Numbered from the stretch's first letter, positions 39,155 through 49,755 are shown. The stretch: 64,000 bases of DNA from Acidobacteriota bacterium (GCA_040755995.1 JBFMAF010000040.1:32001-96000); one strand, 5' to 3'. Numbers and translations: made by a program. The notes: a model not told the origin generated them from the letters alone.

Positions 39155-41019
39155 GAACGTGTCCTCCTCGAAGCAGCCTCGCACCTCTCCACCGCCCGCC
39201 GAACCCAATCCTCCGCCGGTGTTCCCTTGGCACAGGCCGCTGCATCCTGCAGAATCACGAGGGCCTCTTCGTTGCGAATCTCGCTGAGCGCCCCGGCTGC
39301 TGCGACCTGACACGAGATCGGACCTCGCAGTGACTTGCGCATCCAGCCGGTGGCAGTCAGCAAGGCCCTCCAGAGCGGGATAGTGGATGCGCCTCCGAGC
39401 CGTCCCATCACCCGCCCGAATTCCTCCGCATCTGCCGGAGCGATGGCATCTCCCTGCTGCTCGATGTGTCGGGCCATCCGATCGACAAACCGCGGATCCT
39501 TGCTCGCCAGAATCAGTCTGAAGACCCTGAGACGGCGCGCCGGATCGAGTTGGCAGACGGCCTCGAACAGGTGGCGGCCGACGGCACCCGAGTAGGGCAT
39601 CTTCTCCAGATGCCACAGCGCCTCATCCTGGACACCCGGGTCGCGGTGCCAGGACTGCTGGGCGATGAAGGTGGCCGAGTTGTCGAGGTCGACATGCGCG
39701 ATGACGCGAAGGAGGTCGCAGGCCATGGTCCCCGACAGGGTCGCGAATCGCTCGCGCAGTTCCTCCACCCTGTCTCGCCCGAAGTTTTCCAGCAACTGCC
39801 GCGCGAACGCGCGTGCCGCTGGACTCCGCTCCTCCATGAAGGTCTCCAGCACCGCCTCCAACGGATCGTCGCAGAGACGCTCCACCAGCCGGATCAGCTC
39901 CCGTGGCACCACCCGGTTTCCAACCGCCGTCGTGTGCAGGAGCTTCCGAATGGCACGTCTGTCCCGGCATCCGCTGAGGACTTGACGCACTGCATCGTGC
40001 CGCCAGGGGTCCCACGGTGGAGGTGGATTGGTGGCCAGCGCATCCAACATGTCGATCAGCTTCTCAAGATGAGGGAGCTGCTCGCCGGTCAGCAGGAAAT
40101 CACGGACTTCTTCGAACAGGTGCGCAACTTCCGTGAAACGCCAGGCGCAATCGGGGTCAGCCAACAACTTGCCGGTGTGCTTGAGGAGCGCATTGCATGA
40201 GGCGGGAAGCCCATGGTCCGAGGCTTCCTCCCTTATCTCCTGGAGCCGCTCAGGAGATACGATCTCCCATGCTGGAGTCTCATAGGAGCGGAAGAAGGGC
40301 GGCACCAGGTCCGTCATTGTGAAGAGCTCCTCCGGCGTGTCCCCACCGCAGCCCGCCGACTTGTTGGAGGAGCCATCCTCCATCAAAGCCTCATCGTCAT
40401 CCGATATCCCATCTTCGCACGAGGTGAAGCCCTCGACCGCCGTCACATCCAGGTGCTGGAAATTGGCCTTCCAGAGCAAAGTGACCACATCGTCCTCGCA
40501 CTGGTGGATCCCCGTATAGCGGATGGAGAGAATTTGGAGAAGTTGCAGGAGCTCCTCCCAATCGAACCCGGGCTGGACGGTCAGGTATCTGACGCCGTCC
40601 CGGTAGAGGCGGAACGCCAGGCTGCGTTCCCGATCCCTGTTCAGATACACCACCTCACCTTCGAAGCTCATCTCGAACGGCTGTACGCGGATCCGCAACT
40701 CGCCGGCGGTATCGAGTGCTCTCGAGAAGCTATCGAGGAGTGTCGTCAGGAACTGGCGGATGGCATCGTTTCGAGGATCGTACAGAATGAAAGAGCGCGC
40801 GGTCTTGGCGAGTTCCGTCAGCAGGGCAGAGACGGCACGGTGCCTCGCACTGGCCAGTGGCCGGGTCTCTTCGGCCTCGAAGCCACCCTCCGCAGGCACC
40901 GGCGCTGATTCCTGGCCCGCCGCCTGCGGCCGCATCGCAGTGCCGGGCGCACTGCCCCCCGCTACTCCCGTCGCCTCACTCTGTGAACGGGGATCCCGCC
41001 CGGTCGACGATGTGAACAT
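39151..41019 (-). CDS. HEAT-repeat protein
   Basis: LYDPRN, LYRDGVR, LLWKANF N-terminal pattern and helical repeats; coupled to HD-GYP-like gene. Confidence 0.7.
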   Translation of the reverse strand: MFTSSTGRDPRSQSEATGVAGGSAPGTAMRPQAAGQESAPVPAEGGFEAEETRPLASARHRAVSALLTELAKTARSFILYDPRNDAIRQFLTTLLDSFSRALDTAGELRIRVQPFEMSFEGEVVYLNRDRERSLAFRLYRDGVRYLTVQPGFDWEELLQLLQILSIRYTGIHQCEDDVVTLLWKANFQHLDVTAVEGFTSCEDGISDDDEALMEDGSSNKSAGCGGDTPEELFTMTDLVPPFFRSYETPAWEIVSPERLQEIREEASDHGLPASCNALLKHTGKLLADPDCAWRFTEVAHLFEEVRDFLLTGEQLPHLEKLIDMLDALATNPPPPWDPWRHDAVRQVLSGCRDRRAIRKLLHTTAVGNRVVPRELIRLVERLCDDPLEAVLETFMEERSPAARAFARQLLENFGRDRVEELRERFATLSGTMACDLLRVIAHVDLDNSATFIAQQSWHRDPGVQDEALWHLEKMPYSGAVGRHLFEAVCQLDPARRLRVFRLILASKDPRFVDRMARHIEQQGDAIAPADAEEFGRVMGRLGGASTIPLWRALLTATGWMRKSLRGPISCQVAAAGALSEIRNEEALVILQDAAACAKGTPAEDWVRRAVERCEAASRRTRS

Positions 41020-41319
41020 GCTGACACTTGTGATTTACAGCGCTTCCGGCTCTCGAGTGCGTCACCTCAAGATGGTGCGGCCGCCCCCCTTGACCGCGAG
41101 GAAGATACCAGCCCTTTCCCGACCGGCGCGGGGCGCAGACAACGAACCCGACCTCATCTTCAGCTCCCTCGGCCTATCTCCTGTACGTGAACAACGGCAT
41201 CCCATGGCCAGCCGCTCGCAGACCGGAAAAGGCATCAATCTCCCTTATTCTAACTCGCCTCGGCCCGGAATTCCACCTCAAACGGGAGCCTCGGAGCCTC
41301 ACGAGAATGCGGCCATGGC

Positions 41320-42783
41320 TCAGTAGACCTGGGCCAGGCCTTCCTCTGTGCGCTCGATGGCGGCGTACGCGCCGAGCAGCGTCTCCAATCGACGCCGATC
41401 GTCGGCGGTCTCGACCGCTCCCTCGCCGCCGAGGTCGTCCCGTAGCAATCCTACTAATTCCCCGCGCTCCCCGGGGGCCAGCTGTTTGACGGCCACCAAC
41501 TGTCTTTCTACGAACAGGTCTCGGCCCGACTCGAGCCGGACCCGGTGTTGCCCCTGCGTGTTCACCCTGACATCGAAATAGCGCAGCACGAGATCGCAGT
41601 GCGAGTCGCCGACAAGCTCAAGAAGGGAATGATGGATCGTCAGCTCCGATTTCGAGTCGTTGAACGCATACTGATCCGCAGGGCATCCTCTGTCCTTGAG
41701 CGTCCTTGCAACGGTTCTCAGATTGCGCGAAGAGCTCTTCAGCGACAGCATTCTGATGTATCCGGCCTCTGTGATGCCCTCGTATCCTTGTCGAGCCAAC
41801 ACCGCCGCGCGTCTTCTGGCGCCGCTGTTCTGGTACCTGTACTTGTAAATGTGTGAACAGTAGTTGAGGGGCAGCTTGACGCGGTCGTCCAGTGCATCTT
41901 TCAGATGCCTGAGCGCCGTCATCTCGGATTCATAGACAGGCACGGGGTAGTTGGAGGGATAGTGGAGGAAGGTGTAGTCGCGTTTGATGAGGTTCTTGTA
42001 GTTATACGCGGTCGCGTGCAGCTGGTGCAGATTCAGATGGGACACGCCGATGCGCCGCAACTCGCGTATGCATTCGTGGACTCCGTCGTAGTCCTCCGGA
42101 ATCGCGGGAATTTCGACCGTGACGATGTCCATGTGGCGGCGGGCGAGCTCCACACGCCGCACATCGTATTTCTTGTGAACGATGTCGAGCCTGATCTCGT
42201 CCAGCCCGGCCTCCTTCAGTCGTGTCAACTTCGCGGCATCGAGCAAGTCGCCGTTCGTGTACAGCCACACATAGATCTCGCCCCCGAAGCGGTCCTTGAT
42301 TCGGCGGATGAAGGACAAGAGCCGGTCGAGCACCAGCAGGGGCTCCCCGCCGCTGATTCCGACGCCCTTGATTCCGAACCGTTCCAAGTAGTCCACATAC
42401 TCACACGGGTCCTCGAATGCGATCCCGCCCGCGGTTGGAGGTTTGTCCTCCTTCACAGTAGGCTCCTGGGGGCAGAAGAAGCAGTTCGCTGTGCACCGTG
42501 AATTCAACATCAGGCACGACCAGGTGCCTTCGCAGCACGTCACGCATCCTCGAGAGAGGGTCCCCGTGTAGATCTTGCTTCCCCTACAGGAGCGCCTGGC
42601 GTTGTCCGGGGGAAGGGCCTGCAACATGCAGTCTCTGGCTTCGTTGGCCGCGGAAGCTTGCTGCCCGGTGAACCATCTCAGCTCCGGATACGCCCACCCG
42701 ACGTACTGCCTGGTGTTCTCGATGTGCCGCTGTCTCTCGCGCATGCCGCGCAACACTATCAGGCACGTTTCTTCATTTGTCAA
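41320..42783 (-). CDS. Radical SAM protein (COG2108-like)
   Basis: LSRGCVTC, CTANCFFC, SGGEPL, LYTNG, GLDEIR, VEIPAIP. Confidence 0.85.
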   Translation of the reverse strand: MTNEETCLIVLRGMRERQRHIENTRQYVGWAYPELRWFTGQQASAANEARDCMLQALPPDNARRSCRGSKIYTGTLSRGCVTCCEGTWSCLMLNSRCTANCFFCPQEPTVKEDKPPTAGGIAFEDPCEYVDYLERFGIKGVGISGGEPLLVLDRLLSFIRRIKDRFGGEIYVWLYTNGDLLDAAKLTRLKEAGLDEIRLDIVHKKYDVRRVELARRHMDIVTVEIPAIPEDYDGVHECIRELRRIGVSHLNLHQLHATAYNYKNLIKRDYTFLHYPSNYPVPVYESEMTALRHLKDALDDRVKLPLNYCSHIYKYRYQNSGARRRAAVLARQGYEGITEAGYIRMLSLKSSSRNLRTVARTLKDRGCPADQYAFNDSKSELTIHHSLLELVGDSHCDLVLRYFDVRVNTQGQHRVRLESGRDLFVERQLVAVKQLAPGERGELVGLLRDDLGGEGAVETADDRRRLETLLGAYAAIERTEEGLAQVY

Positions 42784-42899
42784 CGAATGTCTGGTATCGT
42801 AGGCGCGTCTATGCTGTGCAGCGCCGGCGGGCCCGATGAGAATCTCCCAGCGCCCCGGTCTGGGCGCCTTCGCGCCGCATCAGCGTTCTCGTCCGGAGA

Positions 42900-42950
42900 C
42901 TGCCAACTGACATCTGGCAACCGACAACTGACAACTGGCAACTGACAACT
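42900..42950. repeat. Seven tandem heptamers, consensus CTGRCAA
   Basis: CTGCCAA CTGACAT CTGGCAA CCGACAA CTGACAA CTGGCAA CTGACAA CT. Confidence 0.9.
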
Positions 42951-42953
42951 CCC

Positions 42954-45017
42954 ATGGATGTCTGCCTCGCATATATGCCATACGGGCTGATCGAGCCGCC
43001 TCCGCTGGGAATGGCGTTGCTCGTCGCCGAGGCGAAGCGCGCCGGGCTTCTCGCCGAGGCCGTCTATCCGACGTTTTGGTTTGCGGAGAAGATCGGATAT
43101 CTCACCTACAACTCGATCTCCAAGGCCATCGCCGGCTTCCAGATCGCCGAATGGACGTTTTCATCATCGGCATTTCCGGATTTTCGTCCCGATGACGAGG
43201 CGTTTCTGACGCGCTACCTCGAGTGGGAATGCCAGCTGGACCCGGACAGGTACGGCCTCTTGTTCAGCGACGAAGAGGCCTTTCGGAGCACCTGCTGGTC
43301 TGTTCGCCGAGCAGCAGAGTCCTTCATCGCGGAGGCGGCGGAGAAGGTGTTGGAACTGAAACCGAAAATAGTCGGCTGCAGCTCCATCTACCACCAGAAC
43401 TGCGCCTCACTCGCGTTGCTGCGAAAGCTCAAGGAACTGAACCCGGCACTGATCACGCTGATGGGAGGAGCCAACTGCGAGGGCCCGATGGGTGTGGTGA
43501 TGAAGCGCTCGTTTCCATGGGTGGATTTCGTGGTGTCAGGAGAGGCGGACGATCTGTTCGCCCCATTCTGCCAAAGGCTTCTGGGACAGGGGGCGCGAGA
43601 GTCTGCGCGATCGCTCCCTCATGGGGTGATCGGAGCAGGCGACAGCGCGCAGGAATATGCCGAGCCCCCGGTGGCCATGGTGAAGCAGCTTGATGCCCTT
43701 CCCCCACCCGACTACGACGAGTACCTGGAGGAACGTGAAGGATTCTGTTACAAGGCGGCGCTGCCGCGTCCGAGTCTCTCCTTCGAGACCTCCCGCGGGT
43801 GCTGGTGGGGCCAGAAACGACAGTGCACGTTCTGCGGCGTGAACGGCAGCAAGATGCCGTTCCGAGTGAAGTCGCCCGGACGAGTCATCAATGAGCTCGC
43901 AACGCTTCGTGAGCGTTACGCCGTGAGCGATTTCATCGCGAGCGACAACATCATCGACGTGTCCTATTTCAAGACCGTTCTTCATGAGCTCGCTGCAACC
44001 GGCACGCCCCGGTACTCATTCTTCTTCGAGCTCAAGTCAAACATGACCGAGGCACAGGTGAGGATGCTGGCCGATGCAGGCGTACACAGGTTCCAACCGG
44101 GGATCGAGAGTCTGCACGACGAGCTGCTCAGGCTCCTGAACAAGGGAACGAGGGCGATCGACAACGTCGCACTTTTGAAATTCGCGCACGAGAACGGCAT
44201 ACGGATCACGTGGATAATGCTGGCGGATATCCCGGGCGAGCGTGATGAATGGTATGCGGAGATGGCGTCGTGGCTGCCGCTGCTCGCCCACCTGCAGCCG
44301 CCTCATCTGACGAAATCCATCAACTTCGACCGCTTCAGCGAGTATCACCGGCACCCGGAGCGATATGGGCTAGAGCTGATGCCTGTCAGATGGCACTCCT
44401 TTGTATACCCTCTTTCGGAGGAGGCCATCCGCGACTTCGCCTACCGTTTCGAAGACCGGACGCGCAGAGCTCGAGGGACGGGCGAAGGCCGCCTGGCCCT
44501 CAGCAGGGCCATACTCGACTGGATGCGGTTGTATACCCGAGGCGACCGCCCGGCCGATTCGCCGACGCTCACGGTGCTGGAGAAGGACGACCGATCAGTC
44601 ATCAAGGACTCCCGTCCCTGCGCCGTGAAGAAGGAGATTGTGTTGAAGGGCACAGCCCATCTCGTCCATCGGGCCTGCCGCAGCCCGCACACAATGAGAG
44701 CTGTCGCCGATGCGGTGAGCTCCTCCGTGGACACACCACTGAAACCTGGGGAGTTGGAGAATGCTATCGCGGATCTGCTGGATCACAAGATCCTGCTGCA
44801 GCTGGGAGGCCGCTTCCTTGCGCTCGCTATGCGCGAACCTCTGCGACCGTTCATCTATCCGCCAGAGTACAAGTTGCCCAGGCTCCAATCTACGATCGAA
44901 GCGCGGGGCAAGTCCTACTGGGATGTGCTGCAGGACATCGAGAAGCGAATCGCAGGCCGGCATCTCGCCGGCATACTGGGGGCTGCAGTGAGCGAGACGG
45001 CGGACACGGCCGATTGA
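42954..45017 (+). CDS. RiPP maturation B12-dependent radical SAM C-methyltransferase-like protein, paralog 2
   Basis: Same motifs as 24410-26479, colinear over full length. Confidence 0.88.
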   Translation: MDVCLAYMPYGLIEPPPLGMALLVAEAKRAGLLAEAVYPTFWFAEKIGYLTYNSISKAIAGFQIAEWTFSSSAFPDFRPDDEAFLTRYLEWECQLDPDRYGLLFSDEEAFRSTCWSVRRAAESFIAEAAEKVLELKPKIVGCSSIYHQNCASLALLRKLKELNPALITLMGGANCEGPMGVVMKRSFPWVDFVVSGEADDLFAPFCQRLLGQGARESARSLPHGVIGAGDSAQEYAEPPVAMVKQLDALPPPDYDEYLEEREGFCYKAALPRPSLSFETSRGCWWGQKRQCTFCGVNGSKMPFRVKSPGRVINELATLRERYAVSDFIASDNIIDVSYFKTVLHELAATGTPRYSFFFELKSNMTEAQVRMLADAGVHRFQPGIESLHDELLRLLNKGTRAIDNVALLKFAHENGIRITWIMLADIPGERDEWYAEMASWLPLLAHLQPPHLTKSINFDRFSEYHRHPERYGLELMPVRWHSFVYPLSEEAIRDFAYRFEDRTRRARGTGEGRLALSRAILDWMRLYTRGDRPADSPTLTVLEKDDRSVIKDSRPCAVKKEIVLKGTAHLVHRACRSPHTMRAVADAVSSSVDTPLKPGELENAIADLLDHKILLQLGGRFLALAMREPLRPFIYPPEYKLPRLQSTIEARGKSYWDVLQDIEKRIAGRHLAGILGAAVSETADTAD

Positions 45018-45040
45018 GGAGGGGTCCCAGGCGGCCGGCG

Positions 45041-45360
45041 TCAGCGCAGCATAGCCAAGAACTTCTGCTTGAAGCCTCCCCTCCACATCGCGCAGGCGAC
45101 CGGGTCTCTCGCGAACGGGTCCCCTGTTGCCATGACGGCCGAGGCCCTGCATCCGAGCCCGCACTCCTCGAACCACTTGCATCCGGCGCATTCGTGGTTG
45201 TTTGCAAGGAGCTCCTTCTTCTTCATGTTCGCGATCGAGAGCAGTGGCGATTCGAGCCAGATCCTGGAGATCTCCACCTCGAACAGGCTCGGCATGCCGT
45301 CACGGAATCGCGTATCCGCAAAGCCGGGGCACGGGATCAGAACGCCATCGGGCCCTGACT
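45041..45360 (-). pseudogene. Orphan SPASM domain (truncated radical SAM/SPASM gene)
   Basis: PDGVLIPC..ECAGCKWFEECGLGCRASA..DPVAC; no upstream radical SAM core. Confidence 0.78.
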
Positions 45361-45421
45361 GTGACTGAGCGTGACAAACTTGTTGCTCTCCAGGCCCCCG
45401 GCGCATGCTATGATGAAGGGT

Positions 45422-45823
45422 ATGGGAAGAGTATTGGTGGATCTGAAAGTCTCCAATTTCGAGGATCTCCCTACGAAGAAGAAAAAGGTGAGGAGTATCC
45501 TTGTCAAGGATGCCCTTATTGACACAGGCGCCGCGATGCTTGCCCTTCACAAGAGCGACATCCAGACCTTGGGCCTGCGTTTCTTGAGAAAGGTAAAGGT
45601 CAGAACAGCAAGCGGCTCACCGGAACGCCGGGTGTTTGGCGTTGCACGAGTCCGGATTGAAGGGCGCGAAGGTGAGTTTGATGTCCTGGAGATTCCAGAT
45701 AGTGTTCCGCCACTGTTTGGATATATCGTAATGGAGCGGTTGGATTTGGCCGTCGATCCGTCAAGAATGAAGGTGATTCGCAATCCGGAGCACGGCGGAG
45801 ACTACGCGCTCGATCTCTTCTAG
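45422..45823 (+). CDS. Clan AA (retropepsin-like) aspartyl protease
   Basis: DALIDTGA, PLFG..MERLDL.VDP. Confidence 0.85.
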   Translation: MGRVLVDLKVSNFEDLPTKKKKVRSILVKDALIDTGAAMLALHKSDIQTLGLRFLRKVKVRTASGSPERRVFGVARVRIEGREGEFDVLEIPDSVPPLFGYIVMERLDLAVDPSRMKVIRNPEHGGDYALDLF

Positions 45824-45948
45824 CAGACCCGGGGACGTGGTGAGGATGCCTCGCTTGGGAGAAACGCGCCAAGGTGTGAGGGACGGTAGACGATGTGCCG
45901 CAGCCGTCGAGCAGCATATGCGACGCCTCAGCACCTGCTGATCGAGCG

Positions 45949-46220
45949 ATGTCAGAACAGGCTCTACCAACCGTCCTGATCGCCGACGACCAGGCCGGGA
46001 TCCGCGACGCGCTCCGGCTGCTTCTGAAGCCCGAGGGCTTCAGGACAGAATCGGTGTCCTCAGCGTGGAGAGAGTCCTGATACGGAAGGCGCTCGCCCGG
46101 TTCGGAGGCAATGTGCCCAGGGCGGCCGATGCGCTGGGCCTGAGCCGCAGCGCTCTCTACAGGCGTATCCAGAAGCACGGCCTGACGCCGCGCGGTGATC
46201 CGCCGCCGGCCGGGGAGTGA
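45949..46220 (+). pseudogene. Internally deleted sigma-54 response regulator
   Basis: REC start VLIADDQAGIRDAL joined out of frame to Fis HTH VERVLIRKALARFGGNV..LGLSRSALYRRIQKHG. Confidence 0.8.
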
Positions 46221-46322
46221 AACTCGCCACCGAGCTGTGGGCGGCTGTCTCCACTGGCCAGGCAGGCCGGCAGGCGGTCCGACGCGGAGGGCCAGTCAAG
46301 TGCTTGACACGAGCGGCTGCGC

Positions 46323-46340
46323 TGTGCACAATTGTACACA
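46323..46340. promoter_or_regulatory. Palindromic operator of brnTA
   Basis: TGTGCACAATTGTACACA abutting the start codon, TTGACA upstream. Confidence 0.6.
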
Positions 46341-46633
46341 TGCCGACCGACGATTTTGAATGGGACGCTGAGAAGGCCCGTGATAACTTCGCTAAACACG
46401 GAATCCATTTCGCGGATGGGATCGAGGCCTTCTGGGATCCGCACGCCATCACACTGGTCGACGCCCTCACAGAAGTCGAGAAGCGCTACACCACGTTGGC
46501 CATGGATTCGTTGGGTAGAGTTGTCGTCGTTGTCTACACCTGGCGTCAAGATCGAATCCGCATCATTTCCGCTCGGAAGGCGACCGCCGCCGAGCGCAAC
46601 CGATATGGAGAAGGCCATGAAACGAGAATATGA
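46340..46633 (+). CDS. brnT: BrnT family toxin
   Basis: FEWDAEKARDNFAKHGI.F, RIISARKAT. Confidence 0.93.
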   Translation: MPTDDFEWDAEKARDNFAKHGIHFADGIEAFWDPHAITLVDALTEVEKRYTTLAMDSLGRVVVVVYTWRQDRIRIISARKATAAERNRYGEGHETRI

Positions 46634-46880
46634 TTTCTCCCGCGGCAGACGCGGCGCCGTGCTGCCGTCCCCACCCGGTAAGACTCGAGTAACCATTCGC
46701 CTCGACAACGAGATACTGGATTGGTTCCGTGAGGCTGTGAACGCCATGGGCGGTGGGAACTATCAGACCCTGATCAACAACGCCCTACGGGAGCACATGA
46801 GCCGCCGCGAGGAACCGCTGGAACAAACCCTCAGACGCATAGTGCGCGAGGAGCTGCGCCGCGGCCGGAAGGTGGCATAG
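46617..46880 (+). CDS. brnA: BrnA antitoxin
   Basis: MKREYDFS, KTRVTIRLD..WFR, YQTLINNAL. Confidence 0.92.
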   Translation: MKREYDFSRGRRGAVLPSPPGKTRVTIRLDNEILDWFREAVNAMGGGNYQTLINNALREHMSRREEPLEQTLRRIVREELRRGRKVA

Positions 46881-47061
46881 GACACGGCTGCCGCGCCATC
46901 CTGCGGCTGCCACTGTAGGCCCGGGGGCGGGTCAACCAGAGGGCGCGGATGGGGACTCTTCCCTGCGGCGCGGGAGACCTCCGTCTTGACTCCTCGCCCA
47001 GGTCTCAGGTCTTCAGGTCCAGGGAGAACTTGACGATCCATCGTCTTGCCGGTATCTTCGC

Positions 47062-47778
47062 TTGATGATTTCACCTCGATCCTTGATTCGCATCGCGGCT
47101 GTTGTCGCTCTCGTCTCAGAACCCGTTCTCGCTGGCGACCCGCAGGTGATTCCACCGGCCGCCGCCCGCGTCATCTATCTCCTGCGCCACGGTGCCTACA
47201 CCCCCGACCCTAAGGCTGACCGATTGTTGGGCCCTGGTCTGGCCCCGATCGGAGTTGCGCAGGCGCGACTCGTCGGGGCGCGGCTCTCGGCACTCCCCTT
47301 TCGTTTCGATGCGATCTACGCAAGCCCACTGACCCGCGCACTCGAGACGGCTCGCGTGGTCGCTGCTGACCTCCCGGGCGCCAAGATCGAAATCCTGCCA
47401 GACCTCGAAGAGTGCACGCCGCCTACGTGGCGAATCGAAGTCGTCGCCGATTCGAGCCCCGAAGAGATGGCGGCCTGTGCTCAGAGGCTCGATCGCCTGT
47501 TCGCGCGACTGTTTATCCCTGCTCAGGGCAGTGAGCGGCGCGAGCTCCTGGTGTGCCACGGCGACGTGATTCGATATCTCGTCACCAAGGCGTTGCGCGT
47601 GGACACAAAGGCGTGGCTCGAAATGTCGGTCCGCCACGCAAGCCTGACGGTGGTCCGGGTGGAGCCCGACGGCCGCTTCAAGGTGATCACGATCGGCGAC
47701 ACAGGTCATCTGCCGCCAAGTCTTCTGTCCGGTGCCACTGGCGATCCGGAACGCGACCTGGCTGTGCCAGCCGAGTGA
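47062..47778 (+). CDS. Secreted histidine phosphatase (PGAM5-like)
   Basis: LLRHG, SPLTRALET, VCHG, GDTGHLP. Confidence 0.88.
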   Translation: MMISPRSLIRIAAVVALVSEPVLAGDPQVIPPAAARVIYLLRHGAYTPDPKADRLLGPGLAPIGVAQARLVGARLSALPFRFDAIYASPLTRALETARVVAADLPGAKIEILPDLEECTPPTWRIEVVADSSPEEMAACAQRLDRLFARLFIPAQGSERRELLVCHGDVIRYLVTKALRVDTKAWLEMSVRHASLTVVRVEPDGRFKVITIGDTGHLPPSLLSGATGDPERDLAVPAE

Positions 47779-47829
47779 CTCGCAGCGACCGGACAGCGCG
47801 CGCGTTCTCAGGGTTGATACCTACTCGGC

Positions 47830-49304
47830 CAGAGATCGTATGAGGCGCTCGGGGTCTTTCAGAACAAGCAGTTCGAGCTGTCAGGCGAAGGGGCCGCGGC
47901 CCTGGCGCGCCGCGTCGAGGACGGCTATTCGCCGGAGCTGAAGCAGGCGCTCGCCGGCGCAACTCTCGGCATGCCAACGAATCCGCTGCAGAAGGTGATC
48001 ACGGGGGAAGTGCGCGCACCGCTGCTGATCTTGCTGGGTGCGGTCGGACTGGTGCTCTTGATCGGCTGCGCCAACGTCGCCAATCTGCCGCTGGCCCGCG
48101 CCGCTGCCAGGCGCCGGGAGATGGCGATTCGCGGGGCCTTGGGCGCAAGCCCGGTCCGAATCGTGCGGCAGGTTCTGGCCGAGGGGCTCCTTCTGGCGCT
48201 CATCGGCGGCACAGCCGGTGTGCTCCTGGCTGCCTGGGCCATGAGGTTCCTCATCGCGTTGATCCCGAGCAGCGTCCCGCGCAGCCACGCGATCGCGATC
48301 GACCCTACGGTGCTTCTCTATTCGCTGCTCATCTCGGTGCTGACCGCGCTCATTTTCGGAGTGGCTCCGAGTCTCGGGGCGGCCAAGGTGGACCTGCGCG
48401 AGGCAATCCAGGAGGGTGGCCGGAGTGGCGGGGCGTCGCGTGGGAGACGGCGACTGCAGTCGGCCTTCGTCGTAGCCCAGGTCGCGCTCGCCCTCGTGCT
48501 GCTCTGCGGCTCCGGTCTCCTGATCCGCAGCTTCAACGCCCTCATGTCAACCGATCCGGGGTTCAAGGCCGCAGCGGTGCTCACGTTCTCAACCTCGGTG
48601 CCGCTCTCGGACTACACCGAAACGGCGCGGGTCAAAGCATTCTACCTGCAGGGGATCGAACGGCTGGCGGCGCTGCCTGGAGTGAGGGCGGTCGCGGCGT
48701 GCGATTGCTGGCCGCGAGCACCGATACCGGCGGGGTTCACACAGCCCGTGAAATCTGAAGTGCCGGCGTTGCTGCTCAACCGAGCACTGGACCCGGTCAC
48801 CGGGCCCGAGATGGCGAGGCGGGCCGCGCGCCATCTCCCCAACAGCCTCGTTGTTATCGTGCCGGAGGGATCGCACTGGTTCGCGGGAATGACCAACTAC
48901 CAGTGCATCAACACCCTGATGACGAAGTTCGTCGAACAGGGATCGATCAAGGAGCTTGATGCGAGCTGCGTTGCAACGGTCAAGCGGGTGCCGTTCACGC
49001 TTGAGACACCGCAACTGGCCGTTGTCAGGATTCCCGACACGGAGATGCAGAAGTATGCGGGCAGGTATAAGGGCGAGAACGCGCCGTTCGAAGTCGGACT
49101 GGACATTGTGAAGGACAAGCTGCGGCTGACGATGCCGGACGGCAGCGAGATGCTGCTGGCTCCAGTATCGCCCACCCGCTTCCGACTCGTGGGTGCGCGC
49201 CGGGCCTCTCCCTCGACTTCGAATTCGACGGCGACTCAGTCAAGCGCGTCACCATGGCAGAGGGCACACCCGACGAGCTGTCGCTGGTGCCGGCCGGGAA
49301 GTAG
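47830..49304 (+). pseudogene. Chimeric remnant: ADOP ABC permease fragment fused to alpha/beta hydrolase C-terminus and DUF3471-like domain
   Basis: LLIGCANVANL..RRREMAIRGALGA, VVAQVALALVLL, DPGF, then CWP..PALLL..DPVT..H..LDASC, then KYAGRY; frameshift near 49200. Confidence 0.75.
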
Positions 49305-49755
49305 CAGAAGCCGCTCCGTGGCGCTGACGCTGATGGCGCGCGGCGAGAAGGATGCATCGCCCGTCTACATTCAGCTCCACAGACCCGACGAGATCAGATC
49401 CACGGTGAGACAACAGCCCGCGCGCGGGAGCACTGCTTCGCCGCTCACTTGGCGCATCGAGCTCGCCAGGATCGATCGGTAGCACTGAACGCCGGTTTCC
49501 TTGTCGGGTGGACCCTGATCCGGCGCTAACGTCCCAACATGCTGAAGACCCTGGCCGGCGAGAAGGTGGCAGGTGCGAGGCGCCGAGGAGCGAGGAGCGC
49601 AGCGTACGCGCTGGTACGTGAGCACCGCAGCGACGAAGGCAACGAAGCAGATGCCGCCTTATCGCCGGATCAGGGGTGGACCGGTCAGCGCGACATGCGC
49701 TATGATCCGGTCTATCGAGAGGATCAGCGTCCGCCCGGGTGTGAAGCGCAACGAG

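Noticed and set aside
42900..42950. Possible CRISPR array
   Set aside because: 7-nt tandem units without spacers and no cas genes
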